NCBI GenBank assembly: GCA_963674745.2
Contig: CAXXDV010000001.1
Location: 640,001-704,000 of the forward strand
Direction of reading: 5' to 3'
DNA from: Desulfosudaceae bacterium
Lineage (GTDB): Bacteria > Desulfobacterota > Desulfobacteria > Desulfobacterales > Desulfosudaceae
Length of the DNA stretch: 64,000 bases
The translations under genes and the position numbers were made by a program. This document shows, piece after piece, positions 30,398-45,004 of the stretch (position 1 is the stretch's first letter; each line of letters begins with the position of its first letter). The notes below the pieces were generated by a model that was not told the DNA's origin, did no database searches, and saw only the letters and a program-made list of their open reading frames with translations.

Positions 30398-30859
30398 ATG
30401 ACCATCAATAAAGATCTGCTGGCCCCCTGCGGTTTGTACTGCGGGGTGTGCGGCATCCTGATCGCCGACCGGGACGACAACCAGAAATTTAAAGAACGAC
30501 TGTGCACGGTTTACGGCACAAAACCCGAAGACATCCGCTGCAAGGGATGCCTGCATGAAAACGAGGAAGATGTTTTCTTTTATTGCCGGTCCTGCCCGAT
30601 CAAGGACTGCACCCGGGAAAAAGGAATTGAAGGCTGTCATCTATGTGATGATTTTCCCTGCCGCCTGATCGAAGACTTCCCCATGCCGGTCGGCAAGCGC
30701 GTCATGCTGCGCGCCATCCCCCAGTGGCGGGAATGGGGAACTGAAAAATGGATTGAAGAAGAAGAAAAACGTTATCACTGCCCCTCCTGCGGCTACGCCC
30801 TGTTTCGGGGTGCCAAACGATGCCGGCAGTGCAAGGAACCGGTCGACCTGGACGGATAA
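30398..30859 (+). CDS. DUF3795-family Cys-rich protein
   Basis: APCGLYCG.C, C.GC, C.IK.C..EKG...C..CDDFPC, C-terminal zinc-ribbon CxxC pairs. Confidence 0.85.
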   Translation: MTINKDLLAPCGLYCGVCGILIADRDDNQKFKERLCTVYGTKPEDIRCKGCLHENEEDVFFYCRSCPIKDCTREKGIEGCHLCDDFPCRLIEDFPMPVGKRVMLRAIPQWREWGTEKWIEEEEKRYHCPSCGYALFRGAKRCRQCKEPVDLDG

Positions 30860-31206
30860 GATCGGGGCATCTCCCGATTGGTTGCAGCAAACCAATTTTA
30901 TCATCTCCAGCGCAGTCGATGGTTTCGAGAAGGATTCAACCACTTGTCCCCGCGGGCACTGGGAGCCACGAGCTCAATTGGAGAAAAGCCCAAATTTTGA
31001 GCTGAACGGCTCGCAGATGGCGAAGAACGCAACCAACCGATTTCTAAGTTAAATCAAATTTTTTTCAGTGTAACACAACCGGTCGCCGGGCGGCAAATTA
31101 TTTTTTGTGAGCCGTTCAGTGTTGATTTTATGAACCAGGTGTTGTATATTAAAAAAAGTGTAAATCAGATTATCTGAAGTTCTTGCAGTAAGGAGTAACA
31201 CCGTAT

Positions 31207-32133
31207 ATGTATGACAGCAGTATCACCCGGCTGGCGGAAGCCAACCACCGGGTTATTTTCCAGGCCCCTGATCTTGATAACCTGAGCCAGACCAGCACCG
31301 TCGTTGATCTTCATTTTCACTCCCACTTTTCAGACGGCGCCAATTCCCCTCAGCAAATCATCGAAAAAGCGGAACAACTCGGCATCGGCATCGCCATTAC
31401 CGACCATAACAGCATTGAAGGGGCCATGGCGATCGACCGGCAGTCCCGGGTATTAAGTATCCCGGGAATCGAAATCACCTCCCGCGACGGTGCTCACATT
31501 CTGCTTTATTTTTATACCGCCCGATCTTTAAAAAAATTCTTCACTGCCTGTGTTCAGCCTTATCTCGGAAAGGAACTGATGTCTTCCATTGGTTTGACCA
31601 TGGAGGAAATTATCCGGCAGGCCCGTCCTTATGAGCCTGTCATCATTTTCCCCCATCCGTTCTGTGCCATGTATACCGGCATCTGCAATCCGCTGTTTTC
31701 TCCTGACCGCCAGCATGAATTGTTGACCGCCGCAGATGGTGTGGAGGTCATCAATGCCGGCAACCTGAAAAAATGGAATTTAAAATCCGCTCTTCTGGGG
31801 TTTAACCTGAACAAAATCATGACCGGCGGCAGCGACGGACACAGCCTGTATCAGATGGGGAAATCCGTTACTTGTGCGACTACTGCACCGGACCGGACCG
31901 CTTTTCTGGATGCGTTAAAAGCCAAAGAGGCCCGGGTGGTTGGTAAAGAGATTGATTTTGTAAGAAAAATCGCATCAAACAGCGCCAAAATCCCGGCCAA
32001 CATGAAAAATTCCAAGGACCAGATGGGAAAAAATATGCGCTACGGCTATGCTGTTTTCAACCACAACTCGCACCGTGTAAAAGCCCGTGTCCAGCAGATG
32101 CTTTATAACCACCGCTTGAAAAAAAGCGCTTGA
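31207..32133 (+). CDS. PHP-domain protein
   Basis: DLHFHS..SDG, ITDHN, GIEIT...H, PHP, GGSDGH. Confidence 0.9.
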   Translation: MYDSSITRLAEANHRVIFQAPDLDNLSQTSTVVDLHFHSHFSDGANSPQQIIEKAEQLGIGIAITDHNSIEGAMAIDRQSRVLSIPGIEITSRDGAHILLYFYTARSLKKFFTACVQPYLGKELMSSIGLTMEEIIRQARPYEPVIIFPHPFCAMYTGICNPLFSPDRQHELLTAADGVEVINAGNLKKWNLKSALLGFNLNKIMTGGSDGHSLYQMGKSVTCATTAPDRTAFLDALKAKEARVVGKEIDFVRKIASNSAKIPANMKNSKDQMGKNMRYGYAVFNHNSHRVKARVQQMLYNHRLKKSA

Positions 32134-32393
32134 TAAACAGAACACCCAACGGGACAAACCGTTCTCTCTGCCATACTGAAACCTGATTAATCCGAAGATG
32201 CCCGGCAAAAGCCATTGAGACCGGACCGGTGGCAAAAAAGCTAAATATTCATATGGTTGTCAATTTTACGAGAAAATTTTAGCGTACCATTTTTTTGTTG
32301 ATTATTTGATTCGGGTTTGAATAGTATCATTTAAATATCAATGCTTAAGATCTACTGACAGATCTTCGCAGAAAACAGGGGGAATCGCTAGAA

Positions 32394-32873
32394 ATGTCGG
32401 AATTTTACAAAACCCGGGAAAAGGTTAACAAACAACCCTCAAAGTCAGAACCGGTTGGAATGCGCCGAACCAGGCGTTTTCCGGTAAGAAACGCCACGCT
32501 CAAGTTGCGCAAAACCGGTATGCTCAAATTCATTCTGCTGCATACCGGCAACGACGCTTCGCTTGTCAATCTCAGCAAAAGCGGCCTGCAACTGATGATT
32601 TCCGAGACGCTGAAGGCCAACGACAACTATCAGATCAATCTTTATATTCCAGGGTTTATAAACCCGCTCATCATGAAGGCACAAGTCATGTGGTGCCGAC
32701 CTTATAAAAAATTTTACGACAAGACCTACTACCGGGCGGGCTTTAAGTTTGTCAAGCTGAATCAGGAAGTTGAAGGCACATTAAAAAAGCTGGAAAAGGC
32801 AGCAGCAAAAAAAGCCCAAAAAAAGAAAACATCATCAACAATAAACCGGGGGATGGTTCACTCACCGGTATAA
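32394..32873 (+). CDS. PilZ-domain protein
   Basis: RRTRR (RxxxR), NLSKSG, V.WC...AG.KF. Confidence 0.75.
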   Translation: MSEFYKTREKVNKQPSKSEPVGMRRTRRFPVRNATLKLRKTGMLKFILLHTGNDASLVNLSKSGLQLMISETLKANDNYQINLYIPGFINPLIMKAQVMWCRPYKKFYDKTYYRAGFKFVKLNQEVEGTLKKLEKAAAKKAQKKKTSSTINRGMVHSPV

Positions 32874-32907
32874 CGGCTTCGGCCAAGCTCGGCCTTTCAT
32901 CAAGGTC

Positions 32908-33645
32908 TTACGCCACTTTTACTTCCATGGGGGCGATAATTTCCGGATCTCCGGACAGGGTGAAGTCAGGCAGATTTAACCGCCCGGCCCGCCAGCCTTT
33001 ATGAACCAGTTTACCCTCAAACGGGGGGTCGCCGATAACATTTCCGCTTAACCGGTACGCACCTGGATCAAAACCCGGCGAAACCGTTACCGCCTCTCCC
33101 TCCGCCTGTTTTGACAATGGTTCCGGTGCAACATATTTGGCCAGGGCCTGTTTGCATCCCTCATGGACACCTCGCGCCGCCGCACCGATCTGTCCGTCCT
33201 CAAACTGGTCCAGATCCTCATTTAAAAAATCAAGCAACCGCCCTTCTGTCTGCAACACGGACATCAGGTGGAGAAACAGCTTCTTCTCCTGGTGCAGGCG
33301 TTTTTCCTTTTCTGACGGGCCTTCTTCTTTGGACTTGCTTTTTTCGGCAGGCGCTGCCGGTAATTCCGCTCTTTCGGCTTTCCGGCATACCCGGCCGATG
33401 ACCAGCCACAGCATCAGCATCCATAAGACAATCACCAAATCTGCCGTGATCATCGTAATCTCCTTGTAAAGATCCGGACGGATTTCAGCCGGCCACCATA
33501 AGGGTGGCCGGGCAGGTAAAAAAAAGTAACACAGGCCTTCAACCAGGCCCACCAGAAGCACCGTAAACAGCGCGGTCCATAAGAGTAACCGCCGCGTCAG
33601 GGAAGCGGATTTTTTCATAAGTCGTGATACCTTCTTTTTTTTCAA
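32908..33645 (-). CDS. DUF2760-domain membrane protein
   Basis: LQ.EGRL.DFL.EDL...D.QIGAAAR.VH.GC; G.L.H.GW. Confidence 0.85.
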   Translation of the reverse strand: MKKKKVSRLMKKSASLTRRLLLWTALFTVLLVGLVEGLCYFFLPARPPLWWPAEIRPDLYKEITMITADLVIVLWMLMLWLVIGRVCRKAERAELPAAPAEKSKSKEEGPSEKEKRLHQEKKLFLHLMSVLQTEGRLLDFLNEDLDQFEDGQIGAAARGVHEGCKQALAKYVAPEPLSKQAEGEAVTVSPGFDPGAYRLSGNVIGDPPFEGKLVHKGWRAGRLNLPDFTLSGDPEIIAPMEVKVA

Positions 33646-33770
33646 TTATTCATAATAAACAGAATTGTAAAAAGCCGGGGTTTAGCGGACACCGTGAAAA
33701 GTTCAAGATCAAGGGGCGCAAATCTTGAGGGATACAGAAAGCGGCACTGGGTTTTTTTACGAAGCCGTCA

Positions 33771-34418
33771 TTATTCAGTATCCGGGGTGCCCGGTCGGGA
33801 CGGACCATTACCATCAGCACCGTTATCGTTGTTTTTGCTTAACTGGGTAAACAGGTCGTCAACCGTCCCGTTTTTAAGCACTTCGTCAAACTGGGAGCGA
33901 TAACTCTTGATAAAGCTGACCCCGTCGATTTCCACATCATAGACCTGCCACTGATCATTGGCTGAATAAAACTTATAAATGATTTCAACCCGACCATCCT
34001 TGGCCTCAAGATATGTCGGCACATGGATTTTCCCGGAAGATTCAATCGCTTTTCCATATACCACTTTCTGATCGGTATAAAGCGTTACCTTGTTAAGATA
34101 GGAAGCTTTCAGTCGCTCCACGAACAGGTCCACAAATCGGGTGCGCTCTTCCGGTGTCAGCCGGCTCCAGTTCTCCTTGCCCAGGGTCAACTTGGCCATG
34201 AGCGAAAAATTGATAACCGGATTTATCAACGCCATAACCTGCTGTCGTTTGGCTTCGTCGCTAACCTCGTCCTGGCTTAAAATATTAAGAACACCGTCAA
34301 TTTTTGTTTTCAGCAGTGTTTCCACGACCTCCGTTGAATCGCTGGCAAAAGCCGGAAAACAGAAGACAAAAACCATGGCTGTTATCAACCCGATATTTGT
34401 AACAGGTTTGCGTATCAT
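33771..34418 (-). CDS. mlaC: MlaC/Ttg2D-family phospholipid-binding protein
   Basis: F..MAKLTLG..W, WQVYDVEIDGVS....YRSQF; signal peptide. Confidence 0.85.
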   Translation of the reverse strand: MIRKPVTNIGLITAMVFVFCFPAFASDSTEVVETLLKTKIDGVLNILSQDEVSDEAKRQQVMALINPVINFSLMAKLTLGKENWSRLTPEERTRFVDLFVERLKASYLNKVTLYTDQKVVYGKAIESSGKIHVPTYLEAKDGRVEIIYKFYSANDQWQVYDVEIDGVSFIKSYRSQFDEVLKNGTVDDLFTQLSKNNDNGADGNGPSRPGTPDTE

Positions 34419-34422
34419 TTCA

Positions 34423-39076
<4,654 letters not shown>

Positions 39077-39095
39077 CGAAATAGTACCGAACTGC

Positions 39096-39134
39096 AAAAG
39101 AGGTCGCAAAAATACATTTTGCGACCTCTTTTTT
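39096..39134 (+). terminator. Intrinsic terminator after por
   Basis: AAAAGAGGTCGCAAAA/TTTTGCGACCTCTTTT stem plus T run. Confidence 0.9.
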
Positions 39135-39160
39135 GTTCTGTGTTCAGGGTTCTCGCTATT

Positions 39161-39270
39161 GTAGAGACGCCCCCTGTGGTTGCCTTTTACCGGGCAGGCA
39201 CGGGGGCCTGCCCCTACATTGTTCATGGACGCCCGCCACGGCCCGTAGGGGCAACCCCCTGTGGTTGCCC
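39161..39270. repeat. GTAG-type REP-like cluster
   Basis: GTAG(A/G)G..C.CCCCTGTGGTTGCC copies and inverted GGGCAGGCACGGGGGCCTGCCCCTAC; related doublet at 40609-40667. Confidence 0.75.
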
Positions 39271-39351
39271 TTCCAATGCATACCCTGCCCTTTGCCAGCC
39301 GATATCCAGTATAAATTTGCCTTTTTTTATTTTCTTTTATACCCTGTTGAC

Positions 39352-40530
39352 ATGAAACCGGATGATTTAAGACAAAGGCTCAACTGGGATGCCTGTGTTG
39401 AGTGCGGTGAGTGCCTGGTCAACTGCCGTTACATCGACTTTACCCGGGACGAGGCCATCCGGGAGATCAAAAAAATCAACCGGGGTGACACCGCCGATAT
39501 CCTTAAAAATTGCATCAGCTGTTATGCCTGTGACGCTTTCTGCCCCAATGACGCTCATCCTTACGAACGGATTATCTTCGGCTGGGACGCGCGGCATAAA
39601 AATCAGGGTCTGCCGCGCCGGGCTCACTACCTCATGCCCGGCAGCAAACCCAATTTCCGGGAAAATATTCCTTTTTACGAAAGCGAAAAAGCAATCCTGG
39701 CCCAGTGGAACCGGCCCGTTCCACCGGCGGAAACAATTCTCTATCCCGGCTGTAACCTGCTGGCCATGCCGTTTCTGGCAACGGGCAAAATTTTCGATCT
39801 GCTGCCGGTCTGGGGCAATTTTGATCTGTGCTGCGGAGAAATGTATTTCCGCACCGGTAACCTGGATAAAACAAAAGCGATTGCGGACAAGCTGACAAAC
39901 TTTTACAAAGACAAACCCGTTAAAGAGATGGTATTTGTCTGCCCGGCCGGTTACAACATGTTCACCAACGTACTGCCTCAATTGTTTGGCGCCGAATTTT
40001 CTTTCAAGACGACTTTTTTAACCGACTGGCTGACAAAGGCATTTGACGACGGACGGCTGACCATCACCCGACCTTTGGACGGCAGCGTGGTCATGCACGA
40101 CTCCTGCCATGCCCGGATACTGGGTGATGACTTCATGGAGGCCCAGCGTGATATTCTAAGACGTATGGGGTTGACTATTTATGAGACACCGCAAAACAAG
40201 TCCCATGGTCTGTGCTGCGGCATGGCCGCGGGCGCCAATAAATTTTCCGTGGTCGACCTGGTCAAAAACGCCCTGCGGCAATTACTGACGTTGGACCGGG
40301 CCGACGGTGACGCCGCCGCCATTTACTGCACCGGCTGCCTGCTCATGTTAAGCTGTGTCCGGCCGCTTGCCCCCCTTGGCAAACCCCTGGTGCATCCATT
40401 GGAGTATATCCGCCATGCCCTGGGCGAGTCCGTTCCACGCCGCAACGTTCCCCGGGCCATGGCCATCACCGCCGGCATTCTCTCCCACTCGCTGCCGTGG
40501 TATTTCAGTCGGCGAACCTTCCGTCCCTGA
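39352..40530 (+). CDS. Fe-S/CCG-domain oxidoreductase (HdrD/GlcF-like)
   Basis: CVECGECLVNC, CISCYACDAFCP, YPGC, CCG, HDSCH, CCG, CTGC. Confidence 0.85.
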   Translation: MKPDDLRQRLNWDACVECGECLVNCRYIDFTRDEAIREIKKINRGDTADILKNCISCYACDAFCPNDAHPYERIIFGWDARHKNQGLPRRAHYLMPGSKPNFRENIPFYESEKAILAQWNRPVPPAETILYPGCNLLAMPFLATGKIFDLLPVWGNFDLCCGEMYFRTGNLDKTKAIADKLTNFYKDKPVKEMVFVCPAGYNMFTNVLPQLFGAEFSFKTTFLTDWLTKAFDDGRLTITRPLDGSVVMHDSCHARILGDDFMEAQRDILRRMGLTIYETPQNKSHGLCCGMAAGANKFSVVDLVKNALRQLLTLDRADGDAAAIYCTGCLLMLSCVRPLAPLGKPLVHPLEYIRHALGESVPRRNVPRAMAITAGILSHSLPWYFSRRTFRP

Positions 40531-40608
40531 GCCGGATACGGAGTTCTTGTTCTGACCGCATTCAATTGTTAAAAGGGATCAAGGATTCGAGGGGTCCAGG
40601 GAGATATT

Positions 40609-40667
40609 GTAGGGGCGGCCCCCTGTGGCCGCCCGGTGTTTGGGCACCCACAGGGGGGTGCCCCTGC
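40609..40667. repeat. GTAG-type REP-like inverted doublet
   Basis: GTAGGGGCGGCCCCCTGTGGCCGCCC ... GGGCACCCACAGGGGGGTGCCCCTGC. Confidence 0.75.
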
Positions 40668-40903
40668 ATGAGTAGACGACCAATCGATCTGAATTATATT
40701 GATATGACACGGATTACACGGATCTTATGAACAACGCCCCTCAAACCCCGACCACTTAATCACCTAATCACATAAACACTTAACCACATACCTGAATCTC
40801 TAAAACCCTAACACTTAAAACTTTAAAACCTAAAACCTTCAAAGCCCCTGAAAGGCTACTATTGCCCACAGGCTAAGTGCCAAGCCGTCCCATGGGGGCA
40901 CAC

Positions 40904-41848
40904 TTAGAAGTAGTAATCCCGATTGGCCAGCATATCAGCCGCCTTCTCCTGGGCGACCTTGTTCAAGGCCCTGACGGAAGGAAATTCATCCACGGAAAAG
41001 TTCAGAATATAATTTAACTCCTGATCGAACAGCGCTTCTTCCAGAAGCAGGGTCGGATAGTATCGGGCGTAGAGGAAACGATTCAGCAGGAAATCGGGCT
41101 CAATCTCGATGGCTTTTTCAAATTCCACCAGGGCCTTATCAGGGCCGCCGCCTCCGGCAGCCGGCATGATGGCGTAATACACGCCCAGCAGAACATGGGT
41201 GGTGCCGTATTCAATCGTCTCATCGGTGGCTAATATCCAGTTGGTCAAGTCAACAAAATCTTCGGCCAGGGCCAGCACCTGGGGAACGTCCAGGCTGCAG
41301 ATAAGGTTCAGGCCCATATTAAAAGCCACACCGTAAGCCGCGGGAAGATCTTTTTTCTTAAGATAAGTTACAGCCTCTTTTATGGGGACATCCTTTTCAA
41401 GGGCTTTCTTGAATCGCCGGTTGGTTTTCAAGGCCTTCATGCCGTAATTAATCCCTCGCCAGTACATGTTTCGGGCCCGTTCAAGCCCTTGATTCCGCAC
41501 AGCCTCGTCCACATCCTGGTATTCGTCAACCACCACAAAGCCGTATCCGTAATACCCGTAAAGTTTGGAAACCAGGGCATTGAGTTCCAAATTATCAGGT
41601 GAATTAAGGGCCAGGGTTTCCAGTAGAATAAGATCCGCCTCGAGCAAAGACTGCAGCACAACCAGATCGTCGTGCCGTAATCCGGTATCTACCAGATCAT
41701 TAATGGTCGGCACGGCCAGATCACTGATCGTACTCTTGACAACGCCCATACCACCGATGGCGGCACAACCGGAAACGTAAACGGGTAAAATGGCAACCAG
41801 TACCAGCCTTAACCTTAACCCGGAAAACAACGATTTGTATGCCTTCAT
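40904..41848 (-). CDS. tatT: TRAP transporter TatT component (TPR-like lipoprotein)
   Basis: VSG-C lipobox, helical TPR-like body, LGVYYA.MP..GGG.DKA...FEKA; last gene of dctPQM operon. Confidence 0.8.
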   Translation of the reverse strand: MKAYKSLFSGLRLRLVLVAILPVYVSGCAAIGGMGVVKSTISDLAVPTINDLVDTGLRHDDLVVLQSLLEADLILLETLALNSPDNLELNALVSKLYGYYGYGFVVVDEYQDVDEAVRNQGLERARNMYWRGINYGMKALKTNRRFKKALEKDVPIKEAVTYLKKKDLPAAYGVAFNMGLNLICSLDVPQVLALAEDFVDLTNWILATDETIEYGTTHVLLGVYYAIMPAAGGGGPDKALVEFEKAIEIEPDFLLNRFLYARYYPTLLLEEALFDQELNYILNFSVDEFPSVRALNKVAQEKAADMLANRDYYF

Positions 41849-41860
41849 ATTATCTCCTTT

Positions 41861-43138
41861 TCATGACCCCAGCCAGAGGCTCAGGCCGGGAACATAGGTG
41901 ATCAACAAAAGTGTTATGATGCCAAGCAATAAAAAGGGGAGCACCGCCCCGTAAAGATAGACAATGCTTTTGTTAAACCGGAAGCTGGAAATAAACAGAT
42001 TCAAGCCGATGGGCGGCGTACAGTAGCCGATCTCCAGATTGACCAGAAAAATAATGGCCAGGTGAACCGGATCGACCCCGAAACTCAGGGCAATAGGGGT
42101 AATGAGCGGCACCACCACCATGATGGCTGAAAAAATATCCAGAAAGCACCCCACCACCAGCAGCAGGCAGTTTAACATAATCAGGAACACGATCTTTGAT
42201 TCGGTAAACTGCTTCATGAATTCAACCACCGCGTAGGGAATCCGGAAATCAACGATAAAATAGGAAAAGGCCAGGGCCATGCAGAGAATCATCAAAATAG
42301 CGCCGACCATTTTCATACTGTCAATCGTTACCCGGTAAAGCTGCCTGGCATTCAGGTCCCTGATAATCAGCACCTCGGCCACAAACACATAAGCGGCGGT
42401 CAGGGCGGCTACTTCCGTCACCGTGGCAAACCCGCCATATATACCGACAATGATCAGGATCGGAATCGGGATTTCCCAGACAGCGCTTTTTAAGGCGGCA
42501 AATATTCTGCCCACCTCAAATTTATCCCGGGACATGTTTGACTTTAAGGCGGTTAAAAAAGGATAGCCGCCCCAGACCAGCATCAGGAGGATGCCGGGTA
42601 TGATGCCGGCGGTGAAAATACTCTGGATATCAACGCCGGCGATAAACCCGTACAAAATAACAGGGATACTGGGAGGGAATAACAGGCCGAGGCTGCCCGA
42701 TGCCGTCACCAGCCCCGTCGACATCCTTTCGGTGTATCCGCTTTTCATCAGAGCGGGCAGCAACAGACCGCCCAGGGCGATAATGGTGACGCCCGAGGCA
42801 CCGGTAAAGGCCGTAAACAAGGCGCAGGACACGATGGTCACCCAGGTAATGCTCCCGGGTATCCATCCCAGCAGGGCATTGTTCAACTCCACCAGGCGTT
42901 GCGGCATCTTGCTTTCGGCCATGATATATCCCGCGAATGTAAACAACGGAATGGAAACCAGAATGGGGTTTGAGACCAGTCGATAGGCTTCGCCGAAAAT
43001 AACCATCAACGGCTCCCCGGCGAACCAGTAAATACAGAACATGGAGGCCGCGCCGAGAATAAGAAAAAGGGGGGTTCCGACGACAAAGAAAAACAAAACC
43101 ACAGCCAGGAAGGCCCAGGGTAGAAGCAATTCTATCAT
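41861..43138 (-). CDS. dctM: TRAP transporter large permease
   Basis: IPLF..AG, GLLFPPSIP.ILY, TEVAA, GVDPVH, EIGYCTPP.GLNLF. Confidence 0.95.
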   Translation of the reverse strand: MIELLLPWAFLAVVLFFFVVGTPLFLILGAASMFCIYWFAGEPLMVIFGEAYRLVSNPILVSIPLFTFAGYIMAESKMPQRLVELNNALLGWIPGSITWVTIVSCALFTAFTGASGVTIIALGGLLLPALMKSGYTERMSTGLVTASGSLGLLFPPSIPVILYGFIAGVDIQSIFTAGIIPGILLMLVWGGYPFLTALKSNMSRDKFEVGRIFAALKSAVWEIPIPILIIVGIYGGFATVTEVAALTAAYVFVAEVLIIRDLNARQLYRVTIDSMKMVGAILMILCMALAFSYFIVDFRIPYAVVEFMKQFTESKIVFLIMLNCLLLVVGCFLDIFSAIMVVVPLITPIALSFGVDPVHLAIIFLVNLEIGYCTPPIGLNLFISSFRFNKSIVYLYGAVLPFLLLGIITLLLITYVPGLSLWLGS

Positions 43139-43150
43139 TTTACCATCCTT

Positions 43151-43642
43151 TTATCCGGCACGCCGGATATTGCTGATTTCCTCCAGCGCCAGTAGAAAGA
43201 AACGATACAGAATGATTGAAAGGCTGACCGGCATGACCAGCTGCAGAACCCAGAGCGGCACCGGTATGGCCGTCAGCATCTCCATCATGTCATATTCAAG
43301 TTGTACAAAGTCGATGGCGCAAACAATCAGAAATCCGCAAATGACCATGGCCACGATATTGATGGCCAGCATGATAAAATTCCGCAGATTGCCTTTCAGA
43401 TACTTTGACACAAAATCGACTTTTATGTGCTCCGCCCGCCTGGTAGCCAGGCTGCCGCCCACCATGGCCAGCCATAAAACCAGGATCTGGTTCATGCTGG
43501 TCGAATAGGACGGTACGTTGATCTCCAGGGCCCGGAAAAAAATCTGGAGCACATTGAGGATGATAATGGTAAAGACCATCACAAAAACCAGAATTTCCTC
43601 AACCCTGGCGATAACGTCATCTATTTTTTTTAATGCCGTCAT
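43151..43642 (-). CDS. dctQ: TRAP transporter small permease
   Basis: Four TMs, W....G.SLA.R..EHIKVD. Confidence 0.9.
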   Translation of the reverse strand: MTALKKIDDVIARVEEILVFVMVFTIIILNVLQIFFRALEINVPSYSTSMNQILVLWLAMVGGSLATRRAEHIKVDFVSKYLKGNLRNFIMLAINIVAMVICGFLIVCAIDFVQLEYDMMEMLTAIPVPLWVLQLVMPVSLSIILYRFFLLALEEISNIRRAG

Positions 43643-43661
43643 GAATGGCGTCCTTTATCCT

Positions 43662-44705
43662 TTATTTGTTTTGGCTTCGAAAATCTTTCAAATGATGTTT
43701 GACGTCCTCGAGGATTGCTTTGGGGAACATGTCTCCGGGAAGGGTTTCCCAGACCTTCATGGTCTTTTCCCTGATCTTTGCCAGTTCTTCGGGTGAAATT
43801 TCAACGACATTGATGCCGCCGGTTTCAACCAGGGCCTTTAAGGCTTCTTCATCCGCTTCGTGTATTTTCTGGAGGTATTCCCGCTTAATCTTTTCCACGT
43901 CTTCATCATATACCATGGCCTGAATGTCCTCCGGCAAAGACTCCCACGCTTCTCGGGTAAAAATGAAGAAAGCCGGGGTATAAAACAATGACGGCGTGTA
44001 TACGGTGTCAACGAATTTGTTCCACTGAAAGGAAAGGACATGAAGGGGCGTACCGTAAAAGGCGGTTATCATGCCCGTCTGCAGGGCCGTCAAGGTTTCC
44101 GGCAACGGCAGGGAAATCGGATTGACACCCAAAGATTTCGATATTTCCAGCATGACCGGATCACCCTCCCATTGCCAGACCTTTTGCTGGGGGAAATCCC
44201 GGATCAGGCTGTCCACTTTGCCTTTGGTCCAGAAGTGCGCGAAACCGGCTTCTGAGATGGCTACCAGTTTGTATCCATGTTCCCAGGCGGCCTTTTCAAA
44301 ATACTCGAAGGTTTTATCATAAACATAGTCTGTTTCATCATAATTACGGTTAGGAAACAGAAACGGCAGTTCCATGACCTGAAATTCGGGGACCGTCAGG
44401 CGAACACCGGCCAGTGTAATACCGGCGCCCTGAATCACACCCATTTTCATTTTGCGGATCACATCCGGCTCATCGCCCATGACACCGCCGGCATAATAAT
44501 TGAATTTCACTCTGCCCCCTGATTTTTCCTCGACATAATCGGTGGCCGCCCGCATGGCCTTCATCCATGGTGTCCCTGCCGGCGCCAGGGTGGCGATTTT
44601 CATTCGTATCCGTTTAGATCGGGCATCCGCATACGTTGAAGAAAAACAGAACAGTGCTACCGTCATAAATAGAAAAAGCGCCTTAAAAGAACCTTTTTTC
44701 AGCAT
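43662..44705 (-). CDS. dctP: TRAP substrate-binding protein
   Basis: Signal peptide, KIATLAPAGTPW, YAGGVMGDE, ALQTGM. Confidence 0.9.
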   Translation of the reverse strand: MLKKGSFKALFLFMTVALFCFSSTYADARSKRIRMKIATLAPAGTPWMKAMRAATDYVEEKSGGRVKFNYYAGGVMGDEPDVIRKMKMGVIQGAGITLAGVRLTVPEFQVMELPFLFPNRNYDETDYVYDKTFEYFEKAAWEHGYKLVAISEAGFAHFWTKGKVDSLIRDFPQQKVWQWEGDPVMLEISKSLGVNPISLPLPETLTALQTGMITAFYGTPLHVLSFQWNKFVDTVYTPSLFYTPAFFIFTREAWESLPEDIQAMVYDEDVEKIKREYLQKIHEADEEALKALVETGGINVVEISPEELAKIREKTMKVWETLPGDMFPKAILEDVKHHLKDFRSQNK

Positions 44706-45004
44706 AAAACACCTCCGATATTGTTTTAGGAATAAATTGTGTGTCCAAGTTATGCATGCAAAATTTGTACAACTGTAAAAAAAGCGCCTTTTTTATTTTT
44801 AAGTATTCTATTTTATTATCATAAAAACATTTTCACCAAAAATTATCAAAAACACAAATTGGGGCCTATCGGATCGCCAGGCATCTCTTCTGACGGCCAT
44901 TTCAGCAATAACCACCTGTTATGATAAGGTTTTAAATTTAAATGCCCGCTATGCCCACCATGGGCACAAATGACCAGCATCATATGCTCGATCAACACCC
45001 GCTT

